Source: Nitrospirota bacterium (lineage in GTDB: Bacteria; Nitrospirota; UBA9217). From it: a DNA stretch of 64,000 nucleotides. The notes below the pieces were generated by a model. That model had not been told where the DNA came from. It saw only the letters and a list, made by a program, of their open reading frames with translations, and made no database searches. Location: contig CAVWHO010000018.1 in NCBI GenBank assembly GCA_963754875.1, positions 1 through 64,000 on the forward strand. Reading direction: 5' to 3'. The position numbers and the translations under genes were made by a program. Positions 42,192 to 52,625 of the stretch are shown piece by piece; the first letter of the stretch is position 1; every line of letters starts with the position of its first letter.

Positions 42192-43385
42192 ATGGACAAG
42201 AAAACCATCGAAAAAGTCGACCTGAAGAACAAACGCGTTTTCATCCGGGCCGACTTCAACGTGCCGCTCGACGACGACGGCAATATCACCGACGACGGCA
42301 GGATCCGGTCCACGCTGCCGACAATCAATTATGCACTCGATGCAGGCGCCAAGGTGATCCTTGCATCCCACCTCGGGCGGCCGAAGGGGAAACCTTCCCC
42401 GAAGTACAGCCTTGCGCCGGTTGCCAAGCGGCTGAACCGGCTGCTCAACAAGGAAGTGCAATTCGCCAAAGACTGCATCGGTCCCGAAGTCGATCATATG
42501 GTCGCGGGCATGCGGCCCGGCGATGTGCTGCTGCTCGAAAATCTCAGGTTCCACGCCGAAGAGGAAAAGAACGACGAGGCTTTTTCCAAGGCCCTTGCGG
42601 CATTCACCGACGTATACGTGAATGACGCCTTCGGCACGGCGCACCGCGCCCATGCCTCGACCTACGGCATTACGAAGCATGTTCCGGTGTCCGTGGCCGG
42701 CTTTCTCATGAAAAAAGAAATCACCTATCTGCAGAAGACCGTTGCAAACCCGGTGCGGCCCTTCGTGGCCATTCTCGGCGGTGCCAAGGTCTCGGGCAAG
42801 ATCGGCGTGATCGAGAACCTGCAGAACAAGGTAGACAAGATCATTGTCGGCGGGGCCATGGCTTTTACCTTCATCAAAGCGCGCGGATATGAGGTAGGCA
42901 ACTCCCTTGTAGAACCGGACATGATCGAGATGGCGGAGCGCCTCAGAAAAAGCGCCCGCGACAAAGGCGTGAAATTCTACCTCCCTGTCGATTTTGTCGT
43001 AGCGGAAAACACGAACGACGGGGCGGAATCCAAGATCGTCACGTCTCAGGAGATCCCGAAGGGATGGGTTGGTCTTGACATCGGACCAGCCACCGTGCGG
43101 CTCTTCAGCGAAGCGCTGCAAAATGCGAAAACGGTCATCTGGAACGGTCCCATGGGCCTGTTCGAGAAGGACGCCTACTCCCGCGGTACCTATGCCATTG
43201 CACGCTCTGTGGCCGACGCATATGCGACGACCATCGTAGGCGGCGGCGACACGGACGTTGCCGTACACCAAGCCGGCGTATCGGATAGCATGACGTTCAT
43301 CTCCACCGGCGGCGGCGCGTCGCTCGAACTGCTCGAAGGCAAGGAACTGCCCGGCCTCGCGGCACTGACGGACGATAAAGAGTAG
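42192..43385 (+). CDS. pgk: Phosphoglycerate kinase
   Basis: [20 protein letters not shown] and STGGGASLE motifs. Confidence 0.99.
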   Translation: MDKKTIEKVDLKNKRVFIRADFNVPLDDDGNITDDGRIRSTLPTINYALDAGAKVILASHLGRPKGKPSPKYSLAPVAKRLNRLLNKEVQFAKDCIGPEVDHMVAGMRPGDVLLLENLRFHAEEEKNDEAFSKALAAFTDVYVNDAFGTAHRAHASTYGITKHVPVSVAGFLMKKEITYLQKTVANPVRPFVAILGGAKVSGKIGVIENLQNKVDKIIVGGAMAFTFIKARGYEVGNSLVEPDMIEMAERLRKSARDKGVKFYLPVDFVVAENTNDGAESKIVTSQEIPKGWVGLDIGPATVRLFSEALQNAKTVIWNGPMGLFEKDAYSRGTYAIARSVADAYATTIVGGGDTDVAVHQAGVSDSMTFISTGGGASLELLEGKELPGLAALTDDKE

Positions 43386-43390
43386 AAACA

Positions 43391-43474
43391 TTTTTGACAG
43401 GATAACTGGATAAAATCGGATTAAGTCCTTTACCTTTCTTAATCGTCCTGTCAAACCTGTCATCCTGTCTAAAA
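43391..43474. repeat. Intergenic inverted repeat pair with a ~9-nt period
   Basis: gacaggat-aactggat... versus tcctgtc-aaacctgtc-atcctgtc. Confidence 0.75.
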
Positions 43475-43489
43475 GGGGTCAATAAATAC

Positions 43490-44251
43490 ATGAACTCAAA
43501 ACGACGTCCCATCATCGCAGGCAATTGGAAAATGAACAAGACTACGGCTGAGGCCCGCGACCTCGCCGCAAAGCTTGCACCCCTCGTAGCAGGCGCAAAG
43601 GACCGGGAGATCGTGCTGGCGCCGACCTTCACATCGCTCCAGACCTTGGGTGAGGCGATCAAAGGGACGAATATGGCCCTCGCCGCCCAGAACATGCATT
43701 GGGAGGACAAGGGCGCCTTTACCGGCGAAATTTCCGCTGAAATGCTGTTGGATTTGGGCTGCAAGTATGTTATTATTGGTCACAGTGAGCGCCGACAATA
43801 CTTCGGCGAGACCGATGAAACGGTGAACAAGAAGGTAAAACAGGCGCTCAAAAAAGGTCTCCTGCCGATCATGTGCGTCGGTGAAACGCTTGCCGAGCGT
43901 GAAGCAGGCAGGCTGAACGAAGTGATCGGCCGCCAGCTGACCGGCGGGTTGAAAGATATCGGCGCCGAAGACATGAAAAGGGTCGTGATCGCGTACGAGC
44001 CGGTCTGGGCCATCGGCACCGGCAAGACGGCGACACCCGAACAGGCCAATGAGGTCCACAGCCTCATCCGCCAAAAGGTGAAGGCGCTGTACACGGTTGA
44101 GATCGCCGAGAGGCTTCGCATCCAGTACGGAGGGAGCGTTACCCCCGACAACGTTTCGTCGCTCATGGCAAAGCCGGACATTGACGGCGCGCTCGTTGGC
44201 GGAGCAAGCCTCAAGCCCGAGTCATTCGCGGCGCTCGTAAATTTTAAATAG
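43490..44251 (+). CDS. tpiA: Triosephosphate isomerase
   Basis: AGNWKM, GHSERR, AYEPVWAIGTG and YGGSV motifs. Confidence 0.99.
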   Translation: MNSKRRPIIAGNWKMNKTTAEARDLAAKLAPLVAGAKDREIVLAPTFTSLQTLGEAIKGTNMALAAQNMHWEDKGAFTGEISAEMLLDLGCKYVIIGHSERRQYFGETDETVNKKVKQALKKGLLPIMCVGETLAEREAGRLNEVIGRQLTGGLKDIGAEDMKRVVIAYEPVWAIGTGKTATPEQANEVHSLIRQKVKALYTVEIAERLRIQYGGSVTPDNVSSLMAKPDIDGALVGGASLKPESFAALVNFK

Positions 44252-44358
44252 AATCGTTTTGTTACCGCAGAGGGCGCAGAGGTCGCGGAGAATGATCCGG
44301 AAGTATGGTTCGTCCCCCTTTCTCTTCGTTACTCCGTGTTTATTCCAAGGAGGCAGCA

Positions 44359-44676
44359 ATGCATATTTTTCTGGTATCGCTTCACGTTCTCGTCTCAGCC
44401 ATCATGATTGCGATGGTCCTTTTGCAAAAGGGCAAGGGTGCCGACATAGGCGCTGCGTTCGGCGGCGCATCACAGACCGTATTCGGTCCCCGGGGCGCGC
44501 AAAGTTTCCTGGCGAAGCTGACCACGGCAGCAGCCATCATATTCATGTTCACCTCGCTCGGGCTCGCGCTCACGGCAAGCAACAAGAGTTCGGTCATGGA
44601 GAACGTGAAACAGGAGCAGTCTGCACCGGCAGTTCCTCTCGTGCCGCCGGCGCCGACGCCTGCACCGACAAAATAG
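44359..44676 (+). CDS. secG: Preprotein translocase subunit SecG
   Basis: LLQKGKGADIGAAFGG...FG; follows tpiA; AGGAGG RBS. Confidence 0.95.
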   Translation: MHIFLVSLHVLVSAIMIAMVLLQKGKGADIGAAFGGASQTVFGPRGAQSFLAKLTTAAAIIFMFTSLGLALTASNKSSVMENVKQEQSAPAVPLVPPAPTPAPTK

Positions 44677-44708
44677 CCGTTCATAAATTTGATCGTTGCA
44701 CATATACC

Positions 44709-44739
44709 AGGGTAGGCGTTGCCTACCCTTTTGTTTTTT
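44709..44739 (+). terminator. secG terminator
   Basis: agggtaggc/gcctaccct hairpin + U-tract. Confidence 0.8.
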
Positions 44740-44742
44740 GCC

Positions 44743-46413
44743 ATGAGAACTATTGCCCGAAAAAATATTTCACCAAAGAACGTGCAGAGGTTTTCGGTGA
44801 GCCTTTTTTCTCTTCGTAAGGGTTCATTTTTTTCTTTCTGCCCGCTGTGGTTCATTTTCTGTTCATTTTTTCTGGTTCTCTTTGCCTGTGGCCAGAAGGT
44901 CGAGCGGAACCCGAACACCTTTGTCGAAAGCTCTATCGGCGATGCGAGACGGTTGAACCCGATCATAGCCAACGATTCCGCCTCGGCCACTATCAACGAT
45001 CAGGTTTTTAACGGCCTCGTGAAGTACGATAAGGACATCAAGCTCATCGGCGATCTTGCTGAACGGTGGAAAGTTACAAACCATGGCAAGACCATCACCT
45101 TTTATCTCCGCAAGGGAGTGAAATGGCACGACGGTGTGGAGTTCACTGCAGAAGACTGTTTATTTACCTATAAAAAATTCATCGACCCCAACGTCGCGAC
45201 GCCCTACAGCAGCTCCTACATGGACGTCAGGAAGGCGGAGGTCGTGAACAAGTACGTCTTCCGCGTGACCTATAAGGAACCCTTCTCGCCGGCCCTCGAG
45301 AGCTGGGCCGCCGGCATGGTCCCTAAACACCTGCTCGAAGGCAAGGACATCAACACTGACGGCTTCAACCGTCACCCCGTCGGTACCGGCCCGTACAAGT
45401 TCAAAGAGTGGATCTCAGGCCAGAAGATCGTCCTCGATGCGAACAACGACTACTTCGAAGGCAGGCCGCACATCGACCAGTTCATCTACCGCATCATTCC
45501 CGACAGTTCGACCACGTTCCAGGAGTTGCTCTCAGGCGGCGTGGACATGATGGGCCTGAACCCGCTCCAATACCTGCGGAAAAGCGAAACCCCCCGCATC
45601 AAGGAGAACTACGTTAAATTCCGCTATCCTGCGAACGCCTTCACTTACCTGGGCTACAACCTGCTCAATCCGCTGTTCGAAAACGTGAAGGTGCGGCAGG
45701 CGCTCTCCTATGCAATCGACCGCCAGGGCATCATCGACGGCATCCTGCTCGGGCTCGGGAGGCCCTGCACCGGTCCGTTTTCGTACGTCTCCTGGGCCTA
45801 CAACCCGGACGCCAAGAGCTATGCTTATGATCCTGAGCGGGCGCGCCGCATGCTCGCAGAGGCGGGGTGGACGGATGAGAACGGCGACGGTATGCTTGAG
45901 AAAAAAGGCAAACCGTTCCGGTTCACCATCATGACGAACCAAGGAAATACCGAGCGCATCCGCACCGCAGAGATCATCCAGCAGAACTTAAAGGCCGTGG
46001 GCATCGCGGTGAGCATCAGGGTGATGGAATGGCAGGCGTTTCTCGAGCAGATCGACAAACGGTCCTTTGACGCCATCATCCTCGGCTGGAGCATGGGCCG
46101 CGACCCGGACATCTACGATATCTGGCATTCAAGCAAGACAAAAAAGGGGGAATACAATTTCATCGGGTATAAAAATCCCGTCGTCGACCGGCTGCTTGTG
46201 GAGGGCCGGCGCACCTTTGACATGGAAAAGCGAAAAAAGATCTACTATCAGATCCATGCGATCCTGGCCGAAGAACAACCGTACGCGTTCCTCTATGTGC
46301 CCGACGCAACGCCTATCGTACACAAGCGGTTCAAAGGCGTCAAGGTCGAGCCGCTCGGCATCTTCTATAATTTCAGAGAGTGGTACGTGCCGAAGAACAA
46401 GATGGAGTGGTAA
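44743..46413 (+). CDS. ABC peptide-binding lipoprotein (SBP family 5)
   Basis: Lipobox LFAC, KWHDG.EFTAED, GTGPYKF and VRQALSYAIDR motifs; start uncertain. Confidence 0.9.
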   Translation: MRTIARKNISPKNVQRFSVSLFSLRKGSFFSFCPLWFIFCSFFLVLFACGQKVERNPNTFVESSIGDARRLNPIIANDSASATINDQVFNGLVKYDKDIKLIGDLAERWKVTNHGKTITFYLRKGVKWHDGVEFTAEDCLFTYKKFIDPNVATPYSSSYMDVRKAEVVNKYVFRVTYKEPFSPALESWAAGMVPKHLLEGKDINTDGFNRHPVGTGPYKFKEWISGQKIVLDANNDYFEGRPHIDQFIYRIIPDSSTTFQELLSGGVDMMGLNPLQYLRKSETPRIKENYVKFRYPANAFTYLGYNLLNPLFENVKVRQALSYAIDRQGIIDGILLGLGRPCTGPFSYVSWAYNPDAKSYAYDPERARRMLAEAGWTDENGDGMLEKKGKPFRFTIMTNQGNTERIRTAEIIQQNLKAVGIAVSIRVMEWQAFLEQIDKRSFDAIILGWSMGRDPDIYDIWHSSKTKKGEYNFIGYKNPVVDRLLVEGRRTFDMEKRKKIYYQIHAILAEEQPYAFLYVPDATPIVHKRFKGVKVEPLGIFYNFREWYVPKNKMEW

Positions 46414-46420
46414 TAACGAC

Positions 46421-46506
46421 AGTTCTGAGTGCAGAGTTCAAAGTTCAAAGTGAGAACAAAAACTCTGCACGCTTTACTCTGAACTGTGAACTCTGAACTG
46501 TGAACT
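46421..46506. repeat. Intergenic heptamer inverted repeat pair
   Basis: agttctg-agtgcag-agttcaa-agttcaa versus ctgaact-gtgaact-ctgaact-gtgaact. Confidence 0.85.
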
Positions 46507-46511
46507 AATCC

Positions 46512-47495
46512 ATGCCCATCATTACTGTTAACAACCTTACGAAACAGTTCAAACCCTTAACCGCCGTGGATGGCATATCGTTCTCTGTTGAAGAAGGCGA
46601 GGTCTTCGGCTTTCTCGGCCCGAACGGCGCGGGAAAGACAACGACCATCAGCATCCTGTGTACGCTGATCTCCCCGACTTCGGGAACAGCCGGGATCGCG
46701 GGCTTTGACTGTGCAAGCGACCCCGACCGGGTACGCACGTCCATCGGCCTCATTTTCCAGGACACCACGCTCGATGTGGGCCTGACCGCCTACGAGAACC
46801 TGAAGTTCCACGCCTACCTCTATAACCTCGACAGCAAACTCGCGGAAAAGAGGATCGACGAGATGCTTGCCGTCGTCGAGCTCCAGGGCCGGAAGCACGA
46901 CCTTATCAAAAACTTTTCCGGCGGCATGAAGCGAAGGCTCGAGATCGCCCGGGGCCTTTTGCATTATCCCCGCGTGCTCTTTCTTGATGAGCCCACCCTG
47001 GGACTCGACCCGCAGACCCGGAACACGATCTGGGACTTCATCAACATGCTCAGGGAAAAAGAGAAGATCACCGTGTTCATGACGACCCACTACATGGAAG
47101 AGGCCGAGAATTGCGACCGCATCGCCATCATTGACCACGGCAAGATCATCGCACTGGATACACCGGGAAAGCTTAAGCAGATGGTCCACGGAGACATCAT
47201 CCGCATCGTTACCGAGGACAACCGGAAGGCCGTTTTGGAAATCCAACATCTCTTCAACGTCTCCGCGCGTGAGGAGAACGGGACCCTGGTCCTGGAAACA
47301 GAACGGGGAGACGAGTTCATCCCCCGCTTGATCCATTCGCTGTCGATCACAACGAGGTCCGTAAGTATCCAGAAACCGACGCTGAACGACGTGTTCCTGA
47401 AGCTCACCGGCAGGACGATACGGGACGACGTGCTGCCCGACAACAGGGAAGTCACGCGCGAGTTTGTCCGCAGCCACCGGAGGGCGCAGCGATGA
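46512..47495 (+). CDS. ABC-2 / DrrA-type ATP-binding protein
   Basis: GPNGAGKTT, FSGGMKRRLE, DEPTLGLDP and TTHYMEEA motifs. Confidence 0.93.
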   Translation: MPIITVNNLTKQFKPLTAVDGISFSVEEGEVFGFLGPNGAGKTTTISILCTLISPTSGTAGIAGFDCASDPDRVRTSIGLIFQDTTLDVGLTAYENLKFHAYLYNLDSKLAEKRIDEMLAVVELQGRKHDLIKNFSGGMKRRLEIARGLLHYPRVLFLDEPTLGLDPQTRNTIWDFINMLREKEKITVFMTTHYMEEAENCDRIAIIDHGKIIALDTPGKLKQMVHGDIIRIVTEDNRKAVLEIQHLFNVSAREENGTLVLETERGDEFIPRLIHSLSITTRSVSIQKPTLNDVFLKLTGRTIRDDVLPDNREVTREFVRSHRRAQR

Positions 47496-48259
47496 TCCAG
47501 GTGCGGCCGATCTACGTCATCTGCCTCCGGGAGTTTATTAAATTCTTTCGCGAGAAAAGTCGCCTCCTCGGCACGCTTGCACGGCCCGTACTCTGGCTGT
47601 TTGTGGTCGGGAACGGGATGGGCTCGCTGATCAAGCCCCAGGCGGGTTTCTCGTATTTGCAATTTATTTTCCCCGGCATGATCGGCATGACCATTCTATT
47701 CTCATCGATCTTTTCCTCCATCTCGATCGTCTGGGACCGGGAATTCGGGTTCATGAAAGAAATGCTCGTGGCGCCGATCTCCCGGCTTTCCATCGTCATC
47801 GGCAAAACCATCTCCGGGACGTTGATATCGGTCGCCCAGGCCGTCATTATTTTGGTCCTCATTCCCTTTCTGGGCATCCCGCTCACGGTATCACAGTTCT
47901 TTGAGGTCGTGGCAGTGGCCGTGCTCGTCTCCTTCTGCATCACCTCTCTCGGGATCCTGATCGCCGCGCGCCTCACCTCCTTCGATGGGTTCAACATCAT
48001 CATGAATTTCCTCGTCATGCCCATGCTGTTCCTCTCCGGCGCCATGTACCCCGTCACGGCCATGCCGCCTGCGCTCAGGCATCTGACGTTGATCAATCCA
48101 CTTACCTACGGCATTGATGCGTTCAAGCACGTCCTGCTCCGGAACGGCGCGCCCCCTCTCGGACCGGAATTCCCGATACTGCTCGACCTTTTTCTCGTCA
48201 CGGCAATATCCGCGATCATGCTCACGCTCGCGGCGCTGTCGTTCAGAAGAAAGGAATAA
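47492..48259 (+). CDS. ABC-2 type permease
   Basis: DREFG.MKE..VAP, FLSGA.YP and NPLTY motifs; six hydrophobic segments. Confidence 0.93.
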   Translation: MIQVRPIYVICLREFIKFFREKSRLLGTLARPVLWLFVVGNGMGSLIKPQAGFSYLQFIFPGMIGMTILFSSIFSSISIVWDREFGFMKEMLVAPISRLSIVIGKTISGTLISVAQAVIILVLIPFLGIPLTVSQFFEVVAVAVLVSFCITSLGILIAARLTSFDGFNIIMNFLVMPMLFLSGAMYPVTAMPPALRHLTLINPLTYGIDAFKHVLLRNGAPPLGPEFPILLDLFLVTAISAIMLTLAALSFRRKE

Positions 48260-48286
48260 CATGGTGAAGATCCGTCAGGAGAGTTT

Positions 48287-48811
48287 GTGAAGATTATCTT
48301 ACTATCCCTTTTTTTGCTTACAACAAGTGCGCTTGCTGCTGACGTGGATCGTGAAATGCAGGAAGTTGTCAACGGCTTCTATAACGTCTACATTACCGTT
48401 CGGCCATCCGGCGTCACTTCTGAAAAAGAGCAACTGAAGTTTAAACCCTACCTATCTGCCTCCCTCGGAAAGCTTTTACATGAGGCCGCAAGGGCGGAGC
48501 GAAAATACAAAAAAACCACCAAGGGAAAAGTTCCACCACTGGTTGAAGGTGATATATTCACTTCGTTATTCGAAGGCGCCTCTGCGTTCACGGTGCTCTC
48601 CTGTAACGTCAGAACCGGCTCCTGTCTCGTCGAATTCAGCTATCTCGATCCAGAAAATAAATCATCGACTACCTGGAGAGACAAAGTATACCTTATAAAG
48701 GATTCCCGTGGTTGGCTGGTCGATGATATTGAGTTTCTTGGCAACTGGCAATTCATGCACAAAGGCCGTCTGAAGGAATTGCTGAAACAAGTTATCGAAG
48801 AAGGGGGCTGA
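48287..48811 (+). CDS. Secreted hypothetical protein (DUF3828-like)
   Basis: Signal peptide (ALA/A), GDIF.S and W.VDDI motifs; AGGAG RBS before GTG. Confidence 0.7.
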   Translation: MKIILLSLFLLTTSALAADVDREMQEVVNGFYNVYITVRPSGVTSEKEQLKFKPYLSASLGKLLHEAARAERKYKKTTKGKVPPLVEGDIFTSLFEGASAFTVLSCNVRTGSCLVEFSYLDPENKSSTTWRDKVYLIKDSRGWLVDDIEFLGNWQFMHKGRLKELLKQVIEEGG

Positions 48812-48816
48812 GCCCC

Positions 48817-49428
48817 ATGGAAACCAAATCTATCAATGCCCTACTCATCGAAGACAGTCCTGACGACGCAATTCTCATTCAGCGATATCTGGCCAATCTC
48901 CCGAATGTTCGATACAAAGTGACGCACGTTGCCCTCTTGGCGAACGGCTTGGAAATACTGAAACACGTCCTCTTTGACGTTGTTCTTCTGGATCTCGGCC
49001 TTCCGGACGGACTAGGGGGCCTCAACACGTTTGAAAAGGTATACGCCCATTCTCCCCATATTCCTATCATCGTCTTGACCGGCCACGACGATGATGCATT
49101 CGCCATTGAGTCCGTTCAAAAAGGCGCCCAAGACTACCTGGTAAAAGGCCAGGTCACGGGCGTCCTGCTGGGGCGCTCAATTCGATACGCCATCGAACGC
49201 AAGAAAATGCTTATTCAACTTGAGCATTCTGCAAAGGAAATTAAAAAGCTGAGAGGGATCCTCCCCATTTGTGCGAATTGCAAGAAAATCCGCGACGATA
49301 AGGGCTATTGGACCCAGGTTGAAGTATATATCAGCGATCATTCCGAGACAGAATTTTCTCATGGTCTCTGTCCGGAATGTGCGGTAAAAATATACCCGGC
49401 CTATTATAAGAAAACTGGAGAAACCTAG
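48817..49428 (+). CDS. Response regulator with a C-terminal Cys-rich domain
   Basis: IEDSPDD, LLDLGLPD and GAQDYLVK; LPICANCKKIRD...SHGLCPEC. Confidence 0.92.
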   Translation: METKSINALLIEDSPDDAILIQRYLANLPNVRYKVTHVALLANGLEILKHVLFDVVLLDLGLPDGLGGLNTFEKVYAHSPHIPIIVLTGHDDDAFAIESVQKGAQDYLVKGQVTGVLLGRSIRYAIERKKMLIQLEHSAKEIKKLRGILPICANCKKIRDDKGYWTQVEVYISDHSETEFSHGLCPECAVKIYPAYYKKTGET

Positions 49429-49524
49429 CTCGGTCTCCTGCCACGAATCCCCGCGCCAGACCTTTGGACCTTCCTTCAAAGGAGGTGGCGCGTACTTTTA
49501 CAATTCCTGTAATGTATTTTCCCC

Positions 49525-49880
49525 CAATAACAAAATAATCATGAACTACTCGAGTAGCGGAGCCGGCATAGCCATAGATATGTTTTCAACGGTTACGCTT
49601 GCTAATAATTTAATAATAAATAATTCAGCATCTGCTGGAGGCGCATACTTCTGGTATGCTTATCCTACGATACTCAATAGTATTCTCTGGGGCGATACTG
49701 CGGGTGACAATACTGAAATTGTAAATCAAGGTGGGACGATAAATATTTCATACTCGGACATTTCAGGAGCTACTACCGGGTTGGGAGTTGTCCATTTTGA
49801 TCCACTATTTCAGAATGCATCAAATGGGGACTATGGTCTCTCGAACGCCAGCCAGATAATTGGAGCCGGAATTTTGCAAA
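49525..49880 (+). pseudogene. Fragment of a parallel beta-helix surface protein
   Basis: Asn-rich; NSILWG, YSDI.G and DPLF...GDY.L...S..I.AG pattern; AT-rich; no N-terminus. Confidence 0.65.
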
Positions 49881-49953
49881 CTATTGTGCCCACCTGTCAT
49901 TCACCAAATCTACAATATGACATGAACTGTTCGACTCACGTCAATCATTATCT

Positions 49954-52417
49954 TCAAGACTCTACTCCCGGCTCCGAAGGCTTCTTCGGGGCCGCTTCGT
50001 TGTTCTCTTCTTTCTTCTCCTTTTTTTCCTCCCCTTTGTCTTCAGCCTTCAATTTTTTCGACATATCCTTGAGCCGTTTGTCTACGAGGAAATTCACGGA
50101 ATCCTCCGGGATATGATCCGTCTTCCTTGCGCTCGCCCGCGGGAAGGCCGGTCAATAGCTCGGTCGCCTCGCCCACGGTCCGGACTGAATAGACGTGAAA
50201 TTTCCCTTCCTTCACTGCATCGACCACTTCTTTCTTCAGCATCAGGTTCTTCACATTGCGCTCCGGGATGATCACGCCCTGATCGCCGGTGAGACCGCGG
50301 TTCTTACATACGCTGAAGAACCCTTCGATCTTCTCGTTCACACCGCCGATGGGCTGGATCTCGCCCTTCTGGTTGATCGAGCCGGTAATGGCAAGGTTCT
50401 GTTTGACCGGGACTTCGGCAATGCCGGAAATGAGCGCGACGAGCTCCGCTGCCGAGGCGCTGTCGCCTTCGACCTCTCCGTAACTCTGTTCAAAGGCAAG
50501 CGTCGCGGACAGGGACAGGGGTTTGTCCTGGGCGTAGGTGCCGCCGAGATAGCCCGAGAGAATGAGCACCGCCTTGTTATAGATGCGGCCGGAGAGCTTG
50601 GCCTCGCGCTCGATGGCGGTCACTCCTGACTTGCCGAGGTAAACCCTGCTCGTGATGCGCGATGGCTTGCCGAAGTAGAAATCTCCGATGTCGTATACGG
50701 ACAAACCATTCACCTGCGCGATTGTGGAGCCCGACACGTCGACCATGATCGTTCCCTCGGCGAACATTTCCTGGATGCGCTCGTCGATCAGGTTGGCACG
50801 GTAGATTTTTTCATTCAAGGCCTTGTCTACATGTTCACGCATCACGGTCTTCTTCCCGGCCTGCGTGGCCCAGTACGACGACTCGCGCACCAGGTCCGTG
50901 AGGTCGCTGAAGCGGAGCGAGAGTTTGTTTTTTTTCTCGGCAAGCCGCGAGGCGTGCTCCACGATGGCTGCCACGGCGCTCCGATCGAAAGGAAGGAGAC
51001 CGTCGCTCTTTACCATGTTCGCGATAAACACGGCATACCGCATCTTTTCGTCCTTTGAACTCGTGGTCTGGGTGTCAAAATCCGACTTGACCTTGAAGAT
51101 GTCCTTGAAGTCCTCGTCGTAGTTATAGAGAAGGTAGTAGAGCCAGGGACTTCCGAGCATAATGATCTTGAGCGAGATGGGAATAGGCTCCGGCTTGATG
51201 CCGCCAGCACCGTATCCGTAGAGTTCCATGAGGTCCTCGATCTTCACTTCGTTCTTTTTGATGACGCGCTTAAGCGCATCCCAAGAGAACGGGCTCCGGA
51301 GCACGTCGAGGGCGTTCAGGAGCAGATATCCGCCGTTCGCCTGGAGCAACGAGCCCGACCTAACCATAGAAAAGTTGGTGTAAAACGCGCCGAAGCGCGC
51401 CTTGCGTTCAATGCGGCCCACGAGATTATTGTATGTGGGGTTCACCTCGTCGATCACCGGTCCTCCCTTGGTCTCGGAGTTGTCGACGATGAGGTTTACT
51501 TTGTAGCGTTCGAGGAAGCTCGCTTTATCCATCCCCTCGATGGGGAACGGCATTTCCGGCGCTTGTCCCAGGAACTCCCGCAGGTTGCCGAGAATATCTT
51601 CTTCCATCTCACCCAGGAACTCGGGGATGCGCGGATTGACGCGAAATTTTTCCCGGAGCTCGTCAAGCTGGTGGCCCATGGCGAAATGCGCGACGCGCCT
51701 GTTCAACTCATGGACCTTCTCGTGGGCTTCCTTGTCAAGCAGGCGGGCCTTGGCAAGAAAATCGCGGATCTCGGAATCAACTTTTTTCTCGTGCTCTTCC
51801 AGTTCACGCTTCTGCTCTGCGGACAATTCATCGAGCTCCTGCGGCTGAAGCGGCTTGCCCTTCCACAACGGGACCTTGACGATGCCGGTTCGGGTGATCG
51901 TGAGCTGGAACCCCAATTCCGTCGCGCGTTTTCCTGCGTCGCCGAAAAGGGCTTCCTTGGCCTTCTCGGACCCTTCTACGATACCCGACTTCTGTTCCTC
52001 ATACTCCTTTGATTCAAAGACCTTGGGGATCTCGCTCTGCATGAACTCGATAAATTTCTCGATATCATGCCGGAATTCTCTGCCCTTTCCCGGCGGGAGC
52101 TTGATGGCACGCGGCCGATCGGGGTCCTTGAAGTTATTGATGAAACACCAGTCGTCCGGCACCGGCATGTCCTGGGAAATGCGTTTGACGATCGACCGGG
52201 CAATAGAGTTCCTGCCCGTGCCCGGGATGCCGGAGACAAAGATGTTGTAGCCGTGGTTCTTGATGGAGAGGCCGAACTCGATCGCTTTCACGGCCCGCGT
52301 CTGTCCGATCACTTCTTCTTTTCGTGCAAGTTCGTCGGTGGTCTGAAACGGAAATTCAGCGGCGTCGCAGACGTGGCGAAGTTCACTCAGCCCTACTTCA
52401 CGTTCCTGGATGTTCAT
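49954..52417 (-). CDS. LonC-type ATP-dependent protease, frameshift near the C-terminus
   Basis: IGQTRA, NPTYNNL.G.IE, ANGGYL, QVNGL, EGDSAS and GGVNEKIEGF motifs; extra base near 50107. Confidence 0.9.
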
Positions 52418-52625
52418 GCGGCCTCCCTTAACGGACATCTAGCTTAAGTGTAGGCACTGGATTGCCGGTTGTCAAGGGAGTCGCACACCTCCCCGCAGGA
52501 CGGGACGAGGAAGCAAATAAGATGTTGCTTTTTCTTGATGGCGCTCTTATAATCGCGTCATTCCTACATTCATCATGCATGCGCCTTATACGAACAGCCG
52601 AGTAGCTGAACGAAGGAGGCATTCC

